Assembly: GCA_964577555.1 (NCBI GenBank)
Contig: CAZNZM010000008.1
Span: 18,495-50,494 of the forward strand
Direction: 5' to 3'
DNA from: an uncultured archaeon
Lineage (GTDB): Archaea > Iainarchaeota > Iainarchaeia > Iainarchaeales > Iainarchaeaceae
Length of the DNA: 32,000 bases
A program made the position numbers and the translations under genes. The notes below the pieces were generated by a model, which ran no database searches, was not told where the DNA came from, and saw nothing but the letters and a program-made list of their open reading frames with translations. This document shows positions 7,946-17,254 of the stretch, one piece after another; the stretch's first letter is position 1; every line of letters begins with the position of its first letter.

Positions 7946-8947
7946 TCATATTTTAATTTTTTTGACTTCCACTTTTGCTTCTTCAAGCAATTCCAACGCC
8001 TCTTTTCCAAGCGGATAATCATAATTGTAAATAACACGCTTTATTCCGGCATTAATTATCATTTTACTGCAAGTTAAACAAGGGCTGTAAGTAGTATAAA
8101 TGTCAGAGTCTTTTGTTGAAATCCCGTGATACGCTGCTTGAACTATTGCGTTTTCCTCTGCATGAGAGCATCTGCATTCATCAAGTTTCGTGCCTTCTTT
8201 TGCAAATGAATTACACCTTAAACACCCGCCTTCGTTGCAATTTCTTACTCTTCGAGGAGTTCCATTATAACCTGTTGAAATAATCCTTTTTTCCCTCACT
8301 ATAACAGCCCCAATTTTTCTCTTTATGCAATTACTCCTTGTTGCTATCTCTTTTGCAATATTCATAAAATACTCGTCCCAATCAGGCCTTTTAAAATCAA
8401 CAGGCGTTTGAAGCAATACAGAATCAATTTTTTGGAATAATTCGGCAAGCGAACCATTGTTTTCAATTGTATGTCCAGCCATTGCAGCACAAACATCCAA
8501 TTGCTGACTACTGCTTTCCCCAGAAGAACTTTCAAATCTTTCCATTTTTCTAAATTCCTCAATGGTTTTAGGGTCACCTTCCCTATTTCTTTTCAATATT
8601 CTTTCAAACCTTGTTTTTTCATCAGAAATAATATTCCAAAGGTGAAAATTTCCGATTTTTTGCAATTCTTTTATTTCCTCTGGGTTGCGCAAAGAATCAA
8701 TTACATAATTTTTGTCTTTGGACATTTTGCCTACAATTCTTTTTGACAGATACCCGTTGCCATATTTTTTTCTCAATTCATTGCCTTTAGAAATCAAATT
8801 TTCCCTTGTAACAGGCAATTTTTCTTCAGCAAGAATTTCCCTGAGTTCATCAGAAAGAGAAAGATACCCAAAACTCTTTGATTTAAGGTATTCGCAAGCA
8901 GTTGTCTTGCCGGCACAATATTTTCCAGTAACTCCAATAACTATCAT
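7946..8947 (-). CDS. Fusion protein: N-terminal P-loop nucleotide/nucleoside kinase-like domain and C-terminal dCMP (deoxycytidylate) deaminase
   Basis: N-terminus: Walker A IGVTGKYCAGKTT plus a DSLRNPEE lid-like block. C-terminus: zinc motifs CSHAEENAI (H-A-E) and SPCLTCSKMI (PCxxC), and the TGYNG block of ComEB/dCMP deaminases. Start taken as ATG 8947. The track's TTG at 9019 adds an implausible leader. Confidence 0.8.
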   Translation of the reverse strand: MIVIGVTGKYCAGKTTACEYLKSKSFGYLSLSDELREILAEEKLPVTRENLISKGNELRKKYGNGYLSKRIVGKMSKDKNYVIDSLRNPEEIKELQKIGNFHLWNIISDEKTRFERILKRNREGDPKTIEEFRKMERFESSSGESSSQQLDVCAAMAGHTIENNGSLAELFQKIDSVLLQTPVDFKRPDWDEYFMNIAKEIATRSNCIKRKIGAVIVREKRIISTGYNGTPRRVRNCNEGGCLRCNSFAKEGTKLDECRCSHAEENAIVQAAYHGISTKDSDIYTTYSPCLTCSKMIINAGIKRVIYNYDYPLGKEALELLEEAKVEVKKIKI

Positions 8948-9039
8948 TGTTGAAAAAAATTCTTCGGACAAGGGTTTATAAAATGTAGCAAAAAAAAATT
9001 CTATTTCAAACCAATCCAACTAAAATAAAATTCCTAAAG

Positions 9040-11010
9040 TTATTCGAACCCTAAAGATTTTTTTCCTGTCACCGCAACAAGCCAAATTAACCCTATAATT
9101 GAAAGCAAAAAACCTATTTTTTCAATATCAGTTTCTTCGTATCTTAATTCTATTTCTCCCTTTCCATAAACAATCATAAAGTTCGGCGAAGCCTTGTATA
9201 TTGGTGTTTCTATTCCATTTTGATATGCTTTCCATTTAGGAAAATAAGATATTTTAATATAAATCGGAACCCGCTTTTCAGATTCCACAAAAAATTTTAT
9301 TCTATCCATGGTTGGAGATTTTTCCAAAATTCTTATAACTTCAGAACCAAAACCCGGTTGCATATTTTCTTTTCCATTTATGAAAATATTTCTTCGCATG
9401 TTTTTATTGCCAAACCAATTAATGACTTCCAAATCCCAATCTTTGCCAAGATAATTTTTTGGCGCATAATCTAAAACTTGAATAAGAGAAGATTCGTTTG
9501 CTTTGTAAATATGGTAAGTATATTTCTCCATGAATTCTTTGTCAGGCTGCCAAAAGTAAAAAGAAACTATTTTCCCAAAATCTTTCCATTCTGGCAATAT
9601 TTGGTTTTTGCTGACAACATAATTAATTCCAAGCAATTCCAATTCTTCCCTTATTATATTTTTGTCAAAGTCGTTGCTATCCCATTGTTGCTCTTCCATT
9701 ACCCTTGCAATAATTGAATTTTTTGACGATTCTTGGAAAAGCCCTTTCACGCCATAAAGTTTATACTTTATAGGTATTGCATGTTGAAGCTCATGGTTAC
9801 CGGCTTGCTCGGTTTCTTTTGCATAAATTAAAACCCTTCCACTTGTTTCCCCTTGAACTTTTTCCACAAAAGGCTTTCTTATATTGCCTTCAGGATAAAG
9901 CCCAGACAAAGTCCCAACAACCAAAAGGAAAAACAAAATCGAAACTATTGGCAAAATAATACCCGGTTTTTTCCAAAATAAATTTTTGACCAAACCATAC
10001 AAGACAATAGGCAACATCAAAACTACAAACATTGTTAAACGATAGTAATGCATTGGATAATTGGCATAATTCCAGCCAACAAAACATAAAACAGCTACAA
10101 TGAAAGCAAACAAGCTTGGCTCCAAATAATCATTTTTTTTTGAAAACCACAAATAAATTGTTGCCAAGCCAGAAACAATTAAAACAATCAAATCATAAGG
10201 CAAAGAACCTGAAATAAAAAGATCAGTATAATCAATGTACGCAATTGCTGGAACCAACCAAAAAGCCGAAAGCAAAAAACCAAGCAACAATTGTTTTCCA
10301 GAAAAAAATAAACTATTTTTATTATAATGCACTATTGCAAAAGTAGATAAAAGCAAAATGGCTACAATTGAAGTAATTGTGTGTGTTAATATTATAAGAG
10401 CAAATATGAAAGCGCTTTGCAAATAATTTCCTTGCGAAAAACCCTTTTTTAGGGAACCAAAGTAAAAGAAAAAAAGCGAAAAGCCAAGCGTATTTGCCAC
10501 AAGCCCAACATTAAAAGTTGAAAACATGTCGCCACCCATAACCCCGTTTTCGAATATGAAAAGCACGGCGAACATGATTACCATAATCGAAGAGGCTTCG
10601 ATTTTTCCAATATTTTCAAAAGACCTTGCAAAATAATAGAAAGAAACAGGCAACAAAAGAATTGAAAAAGCAACAATAGATTTGAACGCATATTCAAGAG
10701 GCATTAAAAATGATAATATTACAGTTGCAAAAGTGAATAATGGCTGATAAAAAAGATTTTGTGGAAATCCAAAAAAGAAATAAGGATTCCAACCTGAAAT
10801 TTTTGGAAAAATATATTCTTTAGTGTACCAAGCTGAAAAATAATGCCCAGGTATGTCAGCAGTAAAAAGACTATTATGAATGAAAAAAGGCCAAATTAAC
10901 CAAAAAATAGAGTATGCATAAACGGCAAAAAACAATAGCAAATAAGCTTTTTCCGAAAAAAATTTTACTCCTAATTTAACAAAATCCTTTGTCTTTATCA
11001 AAATCGCCAT
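9040..11010 (-). CDS. Large polytopic membrane protein with a C-terminal soluble domain. Possibly a GT-C-fold glycosyltransferase.
   Basis: The 656-aa ORF has about 13 or more hydrophobic helices in the first ~400 aa. Next comes a ~230-aa hydrophilic domain, then a final TM helix. This architecture resembles GT-C / DUF2079-like enzymes. I did not see a diagnostic catalytic motif. Confidence 0.6.
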   Translation of the reverse strand: MAILIKTKDFVKLGVKFFSEKAYLLLFFAVYAYSIFWLIWPFFIHNSLFTADIPGHYFSAWYTKEYIFPKISGWNPYFFFGFPQNLFYQPLFTFATVILSFLMPLEYAFKSIVAFSILLLPVSFYYFARSFENIGKIEASSIMVIMFAVLFIFENGVMGGDMFSTFNVGLVANTLGFSLFFFYFGSLKKGFSQGNYLQSAFIFALIILTHTITSIVAILLLSTFAIVHYNKNSLFFSGKQLLLGFLLSAFWLVPAIAYIDYTDLFISGSLPYDLIVLIVSGLATIYLWFSKKNDYLEPSLFAFIVAVLCFVGWNYANYPMHYYRLTMFVVLMLPIVLYGLVKNLFWKKPGIILPIVSILFFLLVVGTLSGLYPEGNIRKPFVEKVQGETSGRVLIYAKETEQAGNHELQHAIPIKYKLYGVKGLFQESSKNSIIARVMEEQQWDSNDFDKNIIREELELLGINYVVSKNQILPEWKDFGKIVSFYFWQPDKEFMEKYTYHIYKANESSLIQVLDYAPKNYLGKDWDLEVINWFGNKNMRRNIFINGKENMQPGFGSEVIRILEKSPTMDRIKFFVESEKRVPIYIKISYFPKWKAYQNGIETPIYKASPNFMIVYGKGEIELRYEETDIEKIGFLLSIIGLIWLVAVTGKKSLGFE

Positions 11011-11025
11011 TCAAAAAACCGCTTT

Positions 11026-11490
11026 TCAAATTTCAGAATTTTTACAACTTTGAGGAACAAGGAAATCACTTTCAGAAACATTTTTTGAATAATTTTTTAT
11101 TGTAGATCCTTCCTTACCTATACAATTAATTATTTCAAAAGGGTTGAAATAAGGCTCTTTCGCCTTTTCATGTTTTTTTATACATCCTTTTGAAGTGATA
11201 TAATATTGTTCGCTTTCCATAACGCTCTTGTCAAAAATTTCTAAGTACTCTACAATATTGCCATGATTCACATTTTCAATTTTTTTGTATTTTATCAAAT
11301 ATTTTTCAGGCGTATCAACATGCCAATAATGCATTAAAATATTTGGTGTTTCAGCCTCCCAATAAACTTTGAAAGGCAAAACTTCTTTGCATACTATCTT
11401 CCTGTTGTCATATTCCGACTTTGCCAATGTTGCAATTAAAAAAACAGTCAAAAACAGAAATATTGCTACAACAACGTATTGCAAATTCAT
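11026..11490 (-). CDS. Hypothetical secreted or membrane-anchored Cys-containing protein
   Basis: N-terminal signal/anchor MNLQYVVVAIFLFLTVFLIATLA, followed by a hydrophilic domain with 4 Cys. Sits 15 nt downstream of the preceding gene on the same strand. Confidence 0.55.
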   Translation of the reverse strand: MNLQYVVVAIFLFLTVFLIATLAKSEYDNRKIVCKEVLPFKVYWEAETPNILMHYWHVDTPEKYLIKYKKIENVNHGNIVEYLEIFDKSVMESEQYYITSKGCIKKHEKAKEPYFNPFEIINCIGKEGSTIKNYSKNVSESDFLVPQSCKNSEI

Positions 11491-11534
11491 AAATTAACAT
11501 TCCACCATTTTATTTAAAAAAAAAAGATTTATAA

Positions 11535-11606
11535 GCGCCCACACCGGGAGTTGAACCCGGCCCTCGACCGTGACAGGGTCGCATACTAACCGATATACTA
11601 TGTGGG
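11535..11606 (-). tRNA. tRNA-Asp (GUC)
   Basis: The reverse complement folds as a cloverleaf. Acceptor is GCCCACA/TGTGGGC. Anticodon stem is CGACC/GGTCG with loop CTGTCAC. T arm is CCGGG-TTCAACT-CCCGG. Discriminator is G. No encoded CCA. Confidence 0.9.
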
Positions 11607-11764
11607 CTTTTTTAATCATAAAATCTATAATTTGAGAAGGCTTTTAATGTTTTCCAACAAATCGCAAAAAACAGAATAATTGTTTTTATTCGGCAATTTT
11701 TTGTTGTAATACATTATTTTTTTCCAGGACAAAAATTTAATAATTTGATAATTCTCGCTTTTTA

Positions 11765-12685
11765 TTATTTTTTAACCAATTTTGCCAAAAAAAACGCTTG
11801 CGAATTGTTGTCTTGCGGATAAATTCTTGCGCATTTTGACACTTCGGAATCGTATTTTTTACCATTCCACTGGCTTATTCCCTTTCTCGTCTTGAACCCA
11901 TCAACTGCAATTTCTTCAACAAAAAAACCGCCATTCTTTAATGCAAAATCCACAATCTCTTCATCTTCTTCCGGAGAAAGGGAGCATGTGCTATAAACAA
12001 TTGTTCCATTAGGCTTAAGCAATTCAATGCACTTTTTCACAAGTTTTTTTTGCAAACTTGATTTTATTTGAACAAGTTCGTTGCTCCAATTTTTAAGTGC
12101 ATCAAAATCTTTTCTTACCAAGCCTTCTGAACTGCATGGCGCATCTAAAAGTATCTTGTCAAACAAATTCTTTTTTTTTGCACCCAGCAAATCCATTCTC
12201 TTGGCTTCAACATTTCCCATTCCAAATTTTTTAATATTAAAACAAAGGCTTTTGTATCTTTCAAAATTTTTTTCTACGGCCACTATTTTTCCAAGTCCGT
12301 TCATTAAGCAAGAAAGCTGCAATGTCTTGTTACCAGGGGCTGCACAGGCATCAAGTACAATATTTTTTTGTTCAGGGTTCAAAGCTATTGCAGGCAACAT
12401 TGAAGCCTTTTCCTGCAAATTGAATAACCCGTCCTTGAATTCTCGGGTTTGCCCAGGTTTTTCAATATTTTCCAATCCAAAAGCATTTTCATGAAAAAGC
12501 CTTTCAAGTTTCCAACCTTTTTTTACAAGAATTTTTTCAAGCAACCCAGGTTTTATTTTTAGAGAATTAACCCAAATGCTTTTAGGATATTTTGTTTTGC
12601 AGAAACTGAAAAATTCTTCGCTTTCAATTCCAAGAATTTTTTCATATTTTTTCTTGAAATCCTCAGGAATAAAAGTTTTTTTCAT
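11765..12685 (-). CDS. NOL1/NOP2/Sun-family RNA cytosine-C5 methyltransferase
   Basis: SAM motif I is VLDACAAPGNKT. Catalytic motif IV is LLDAPCSSEG and motif VI is VYSTCSL. Confidence 0.85.
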   Translation of the reverse strand: MKKTFIPEDFKKKYEKILGIESEEFFSFCKTKYPKSIWVNSLKIKPGLLEKILVKKGWKLERLFHENAFGLENIEKPGQTREFKDGLFNLQEKASMLPAIALNPEQKNIVLDACAAPGNKTLQLSCLMNGLGKIVAVEKNFERYKSLCFNIKKFGMGNVEAKRMDLLGAKKKNLFDKILLDAPCSSEGLVRKDFDALKNWSNELVQIKSSLQKKLVKKCIELLKPNGTIVYSTCSLSPEEDEEIVDFALKNGGFFVEEIAVDGFKTRKGISQWNGKKYDSEVSKCARIYPQDNNSQAFFLAKLVKK

Positions 12686-12700
12686 AAACGCAATATTGAA

Positions 12701-13853
12701 TCAATTTATTTTCTTGTCCAGCACACATAACATTTCAACATGCATTGTCTGTGGAAACTGGTCAAAAGCTTTTATCGTTTTAATTTTATATTCTGGCAAA
12801 GCCTTTATATCCTGATGCAATGATTCAGGGTTGCATGAAACGTATATTATCCTATTAGGAAAAATTTTTTTTATTCCATCAATAGCTTTTCTTTCAAGCC
12901 CTTTTCTTGGCGGGTCAACTATTATTGTATCAAACCATGCTTCGGTGTTTTTAAGCCATTTTTCAACATTGCTTGAAAAAAACTGAATATTTTTTATTCC
13001 ATTTAGTTCAGCATTCATTTTTGCCGATTCTATGCTTTCTTCGTTTAATTCAACCCCGATAATTTTATTGCATTTGTCTGCAAAACATATTGCTATTGTT
13101 CCTACGCCGCAATAAAGATCAAGCACTATAGAATTTTTTTTTATGTATTTTTTTGCAATGGAAAAAATTCTTTCAGCGCTTTTTACATTCACTTGAAAAA
13201 AATTGTTTCCCCTTATAACAAACTTATTTCCAAGCAATTCCTCTATTATAAAATTTTTTCCGAATGTTTTAATTATTTTTCCTTGTGCCGAATCGCTCCA
13301 TGTTTCGTTTTGCATTATATTTACTCCGACAACTTTTTGGTTAAGCAATTCTTTGCAAAGAATTTCAATTTTTGGGTTTACGCTTCCAAAAAAAAACCAA
13401 ATTGCAAAGCATTTCCCCATTTCCGTTTCTTCGCAAAACCGCATACCTTAAACCGTGTCTTCTTTTCATTATTGTGGCGCTTTCAATTTCAAGTTCTTTC
13501 AGCTTTGAATCAATAAACATTATAATAGAATTCATTTCTTCGCTTATAAGCCAGCATTTTGAAATTTGAAAAGTTTCTTTTGCATTTTTCTTGCTTCTGA
13601 ACCCGAGTTTTTTGTTTATATAAGCTAACTCTATTTTGTTTCTGTAAAATAGGTTTGAATCAGCTGGTTCAACTTTGATTTTTCTGTTGAAAAGCAAACT
13701 TACAGCATTTGATTTTATTTTTAATTGCTCTTTGTAATCAATATCCATTAATGGGCATCCGTTGCATTCTTCTTTTTGGTGCATGCATACAGGTTCTTGC
13801 CTCATTTTTTCTGCTTTTTTCATTTTTTCCAAATCAAAAAACATTTGCATCAC
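12701..13853 (-). pseudogene. RumA/TrmA-family RNA (uracil-5)-methyltransferase interrupted by a 1-nt frameshift in a T9 homopolymer. May be a real pseudogene, a slippage site or an assembly error.
   Basis: ORF 13365-13853 carries the Fe-S Cys cluster CMHQKEECNGCP and the central domain. ORF 12701-13444 carries the methyltransferase core (FFQVN, LDLYCGVGTI, VDPPRKG, YVSCNP). The frames meet at the A9 run on the + strand (13388-13396). Removing one T gives a continuous ...GEMLCNLVFFGSVNPKIEIL... Confidence 0.75.
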
Positions 13854-14909
13854 TTATTTTATCCCAAGGTTTTTGGCTATTATTATTTTTTTTCCAAAGA
13901 AAAATGCATGCAACTTTAAATAACCTTCAAGTTTGCTTTCAATGTTTTTTTTCATTTCAATATGCTCTTTTTCCTCAAATTTTCCCCTTAAAACAATTTT
14001 GCCAGCCTTCAATTTTGCCAATTTGTCAATCATTTCATTGACTGAATCTGCTTCTCCGAGAACTTTAAACGAATTTATGAAAAAAGGCGAATTACATTTT
14101 TGTGCAGACCCCAAAAAATTTTCCTGAAAAACGAATGCTTTTTTATTAGATTTGCCCAACGAGTCATAAATTTGTTTTTGCATTTTAAACCTTACAACCC
14201 CTTCGTTCATTTCATATAAGTACCTTAATGGAAAATTTTTTGCATTGATACAATTCCCAATTTCATTTGCTTCCAATCTTTTTTTTGAAGGCAAATCCAC
14301 TACAGAAAAATTAGATTTTTTAATTTCGCCAAAATAAAGACTTATGCAGTTTGGCTTGCCATTTATTGTTATAAACTCTTTTTCGCAATTTTCTGGAAGT
14401 TCCTCAGGTTTTAGCATGTGAGAAATTTCTATGCAAAAATTTTTCACTTTGCTATCGCTTATGAATTTGATAATTTGAATTGTATCCGGTTCTGTCTCGG
14501 AAAGCGCTTTCACTCTTTTTTCTTCAACCCTTCGCGATGGATCAGCAAAAACAAAATTTGGCATTATTTCTTTCAAATCTACTTTGCGATAATCCGAGCA
14601 AATGAACTTTATATTGTTCATTTCATAGACTTCTGCATTTGCTTTTGCACATTCAATCACTTCTTTGTCCAAATCAAAAGCATAAACTTTTTCAAAATTT
14701 TTTGCCAACGCGATTGAATCCATTCCTATACCGCAACACAAATCCACCGCAATTTTTCCTGATGCCCTGCCTGCTCTGTAATTTGCAACTATTTCTGGCG
14801 TGGCTTGTTCGGCCGCGCTCATGCTTGGAAAATACATTTCTTTCCATTTTTTGAATTTGTTTGAAAGCATTTCTTTTGCCATGTGTTTTTCATATTGACT
14901 TATTAGCAT
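13854..14909 (-). CDS. Class I SAM-dependent methyltransferase with a C-terminal extension (THUMP-like-associated family). Likely acts on RNA.
   Basis: SAM motif I is VDLCCGIGMDSIALA, an acidic motif II is YAFDLD, and motif IV is FADPSRR. A ~200-aa C-terminal domain follows. The gene abuts the RumA-like gene with no spacer. Confidence 0.65.
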   Translation of the reverse strand: MLISQYEKHMAKEMLSNKFKKWKEMYFPSMSAAEQATPEIVANYRAGRASGKIAVDLCCGIGMDSIALAKNFEKVYAFDLDKEVIECAKANAEVYEMNNIKFICSDYRKVDLKEIMPNFVFADPSRRVEEKRVKALSETEPDTIQIIKFISDSKVKNFCIEISHMLKPEELPENCEKEFITINGKPNCISLYFGEIKKSNFSVVDLPSKKRLEANEIGNCINAKNFPLRYLYEMNEGVVRFKMQKQIYDSLGKSNKKAFVFQENFLGSAQKCNSPFFINSFKVLGEADSVNEMIDKLAKLKAGKIVLRGKFEEKEHIEMKKNIESKLEGYLKLHAFFFGKKIIIAKNLGIK

Positions 14910-14913
14910 GAAA

Positions 14914-16407
14914 TCATCCGATTATTTTTTTTTCGTTTTCTTTCAAAAATCGTTTTGCAGCTTTTATGGTTTTGATTCCAGGAGAAATCGCAAAGAACGT
15001 GAATATTGCTATTGAGGTTATTTCTCTTGAATATATTATTGGAACTCCGAATCTTGGAAGATCATTGTAAAGAAGATAAGTAATGTAAGCAAAACAAAAA
15101 ACCACAAATAGATTTATTATTATGTCATTAAAGTGTTTGATTTTAGGATTTGGCTGTCCAATATTTTTTTCTTCTATTTTGAAAGGCAGTTGGATTGCTG
15201 GAATTGATTTGAAAATGCTTTGATGGGTTTTTCTTGCATTATAAAGCGGTTGGAACATTAAAAGAGTAATTATTATTAGCATGAAAGCCAATGGCCCGAT
15301 AATAGAATTTTCTTTTGCCGATAATATGCCGGCAGTGACAGTTGCTATTATTACTACAAATTCTCCTAAAGGTGAAAGCAATATTGCCATTAAACTTGAA
15401 TCTTCTTCATTCAATCCAAAGCTTTTGCCAAAAATCCGCGAGCTAATTGAATGTGCTGCAATTGCTGTTAGGCCAAGTAATAGAGCCAACCCAGCAATAT
15501 AAATCAATCCGCTTATTTCCGGTATTACAACTTTTCCCTGTGTTTCATCAAAAAACAAAGTTGTTCCGAAACCTACAAAGAAAAACACGAGGAAAAAGTC
15601 TCTTAAAAAACTGACGTCTTTTTTTATTCTTTCTCCAGAATTCGTCTCATTTAATGCAAAGCCTGCAAAGTAAGCCCCTATAGCTGTCGAAAGCCCTAAA
15701 AACCCAGCGAGTGTTGCAGTTATAAGTCCGACGCCGAGTGCATATAATGTTATTTCAGTGTGTCCGAATTCGTTGTTTTTCATCCAGTCTTCAATTATTC
15801 TTGAAAGATGATAAACCGCATAGAATGTGCTTACTGCAAACACTATTGCTGAAATTGCTAGGTCTATTACTGAACCGCCTTTGGAACTCAAACTTGTGAC
15901 AAAAACCAGACAAAGTATCCCCAAAAAATCCTGTAAAATCAATATTGACAAAGATGTCTTTGCCGCAAAATTTTGCATCAACCCTTTTCCAAGTATGAAT
16001 TTTGCAACAATAGCTGTGCTAGTGCAAAACATCATTATTCCAACAACCAATGAAAATGTCACGGAATAACCTAAAAACAACATAATTGCTACGCCTAAAC
16101 CAGTTGTTAGCACCATGTCAATAATAGCCAGACCGAATATTGTGGAACCAGCCCCCAAAAATTCTTTTAGTGAAAGTTCTATTCCAAGATAAAACAAAAG
16201 TACAAAAAGCCCAAGTTCTGCAAAGCCCTTAACCAAAGGGTCTGTCGGGCTCAAGAAATGCAATCCAAAGGGGCCAAGAATAAAACCCGCGATTATGAAC
16301 CCTATTACTTCGTTTTGCCCAAGTTTTTTTATTAGAGTACTAAAAACTATTGAAATTATTATTATTACTCCTATCGTAGTAAGAGGCAATACAACTGCTT
16401 CTGTCAT
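14914..16407 (-). CDS. Cation:proton antiporter (CPA2 / Kef-NapA-like Na+/H+ exchanger family)
   Basis: About 12-13 TM helices. The N-terminus FSTLIKKLGQNEVIGFIIAGFILGPFGL is typical of Na_H_Exchanger family proteins. No RCK/KTN domain is present. Confidence 0.8.
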   Translation of the reverse strand: MTEAVVLPLTTIGVIIIISIVFSTLIKKLGQNEVIGFIIAGFILGPFGLHFLSPTDPLVKGFAELGLFVLLFYLGIELSLKEFLGAGSTIFGLAIIDMVLTTGLGVAIMLFLGYSVTFSLVVGIMMFCTSTAIVAKFILGKGLMQNFAAKTSLSILILQDFLGILCLVFVTSLSSKGGSVIDLAISAIVFAVSTFYAVYHLSRIIEDWMKNNEFGHTEITLYALGVGLITATLAGFLGLSTAIGAYFAGFALNETNSGERIKKDVSFLRDFFLVFFFVGFGTTLFFDETQGKVVIPEISGLIYIAGLALLLGLTAIAAHSISSRIFGKSFGLNEEDSSLMAILLSPLGEFVVIIATVTAGILSAKENSIIGPLAFMLIIITLLMFQPLYNARKTHQSIFKSIPAIQLPFKIEEKNIGQPNPKIKHFNDIIINLFVVFCFAYITYLLYNDLPRFGVPIIYSREITSIAIFTFFAISPGIKTIKAAKRFLKENEKKIIG

Positions 16408-16646
16408 GTTATTGAATAAATCAACTTATAATATAAAAACCTGCTTCATAGTTTTAATGATTGGTTTAGCAAAAAGAACAAAAACAAGTAATTGTCTTAA
16501 AAACCAGCCAAAAATAAAAAGTAGTTAAAAGTTGTCATGCATCAATGCTTTGCAAAGCCAATGCAAATAAAATTTTTGCAAAAAAATTTTCTTTTTTTTT
16601 TATTAAATGTGCAGCCACCAATTTGACGGCCACACTTTTATTTTAG

Positions 16647-17171
16647 TTAAATTGGAATCAAATTATAGGTTTTGCCGCCAGACACCGAAATGATCTTTGA
16701 AGGTTGTTTTGAAGGTTGCGGCATTGGCCATTTTATACTGCCATTTTTATCTGTGTTGTTCTTATCATTTATATTCTTATCCGTTATATTCATGTCAGAG
16801 GTTTGCTTTCTTTTCATAGAAATATAAACCGAATTATTTCCGGCTTTTAATATTTTTTCCTGCCCGCTGGGATAATATTTATCTTTTGTACCTATAAAAG
16901 CATAATTGCCTGGTGGAAGTTCAAACTCTGCAAGTCCATTTGAGTTTGTCATTGCAGTTCCTTCTATAACGCCATTTATTGTAGCCCACCTATCTGTTGC
17001 TATTGGAAACGAATAATTGGAATATGCTTTGACATACACTTTTTCAATAGGCATTCCGGTTGATTGATCACTCACCCAAACCGAAACATTTGCTTCAGGT
17101 TTTTCCCCGCAACCCGCCAAAATGATTGTTGCTATTGCCAACAATCCAATTATAAAAAAATTATTATTCAT
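16647..17171 (-). CDS. Lipoprotein with a carboxypeptidase-regulatory-like (CarboxypepD_reg) beta-sandwich domain
   Basis: Signal peptide with lipobox IILAGC. VWVSDQSTGMPIEKVYVKAY...TNSNGLAEFELPPGNYAF matches the CarboxypepD_reg pattern (V.D..G.P...A.V......T...G.F.....PGNY). Confidence 0.6.
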   Translation of the reverse strand: MNNNFFIIGLLAIATIILAGCGEKPEANVSVWVSDQSTGMPIEKVYVKAYSNYSFPIATDRWATINGVIEGTAMTNSNGLAEFELPPGNYAFIGTKDKYYPSGQEKILKAGNNSVYISMKRKQTSDMNITDKNINDKNNTDKNGSIKWPMPQPSKQPSKIISVSGGKTYNLIPI

Positions 17172-17254
17172 TTATATGCCTCCTTTGAATGAAATTTTAA
17201 ACATATTAATTTTGCAAGATATATTTATAACTTACTTTTAGTTTAGTTATTGAG

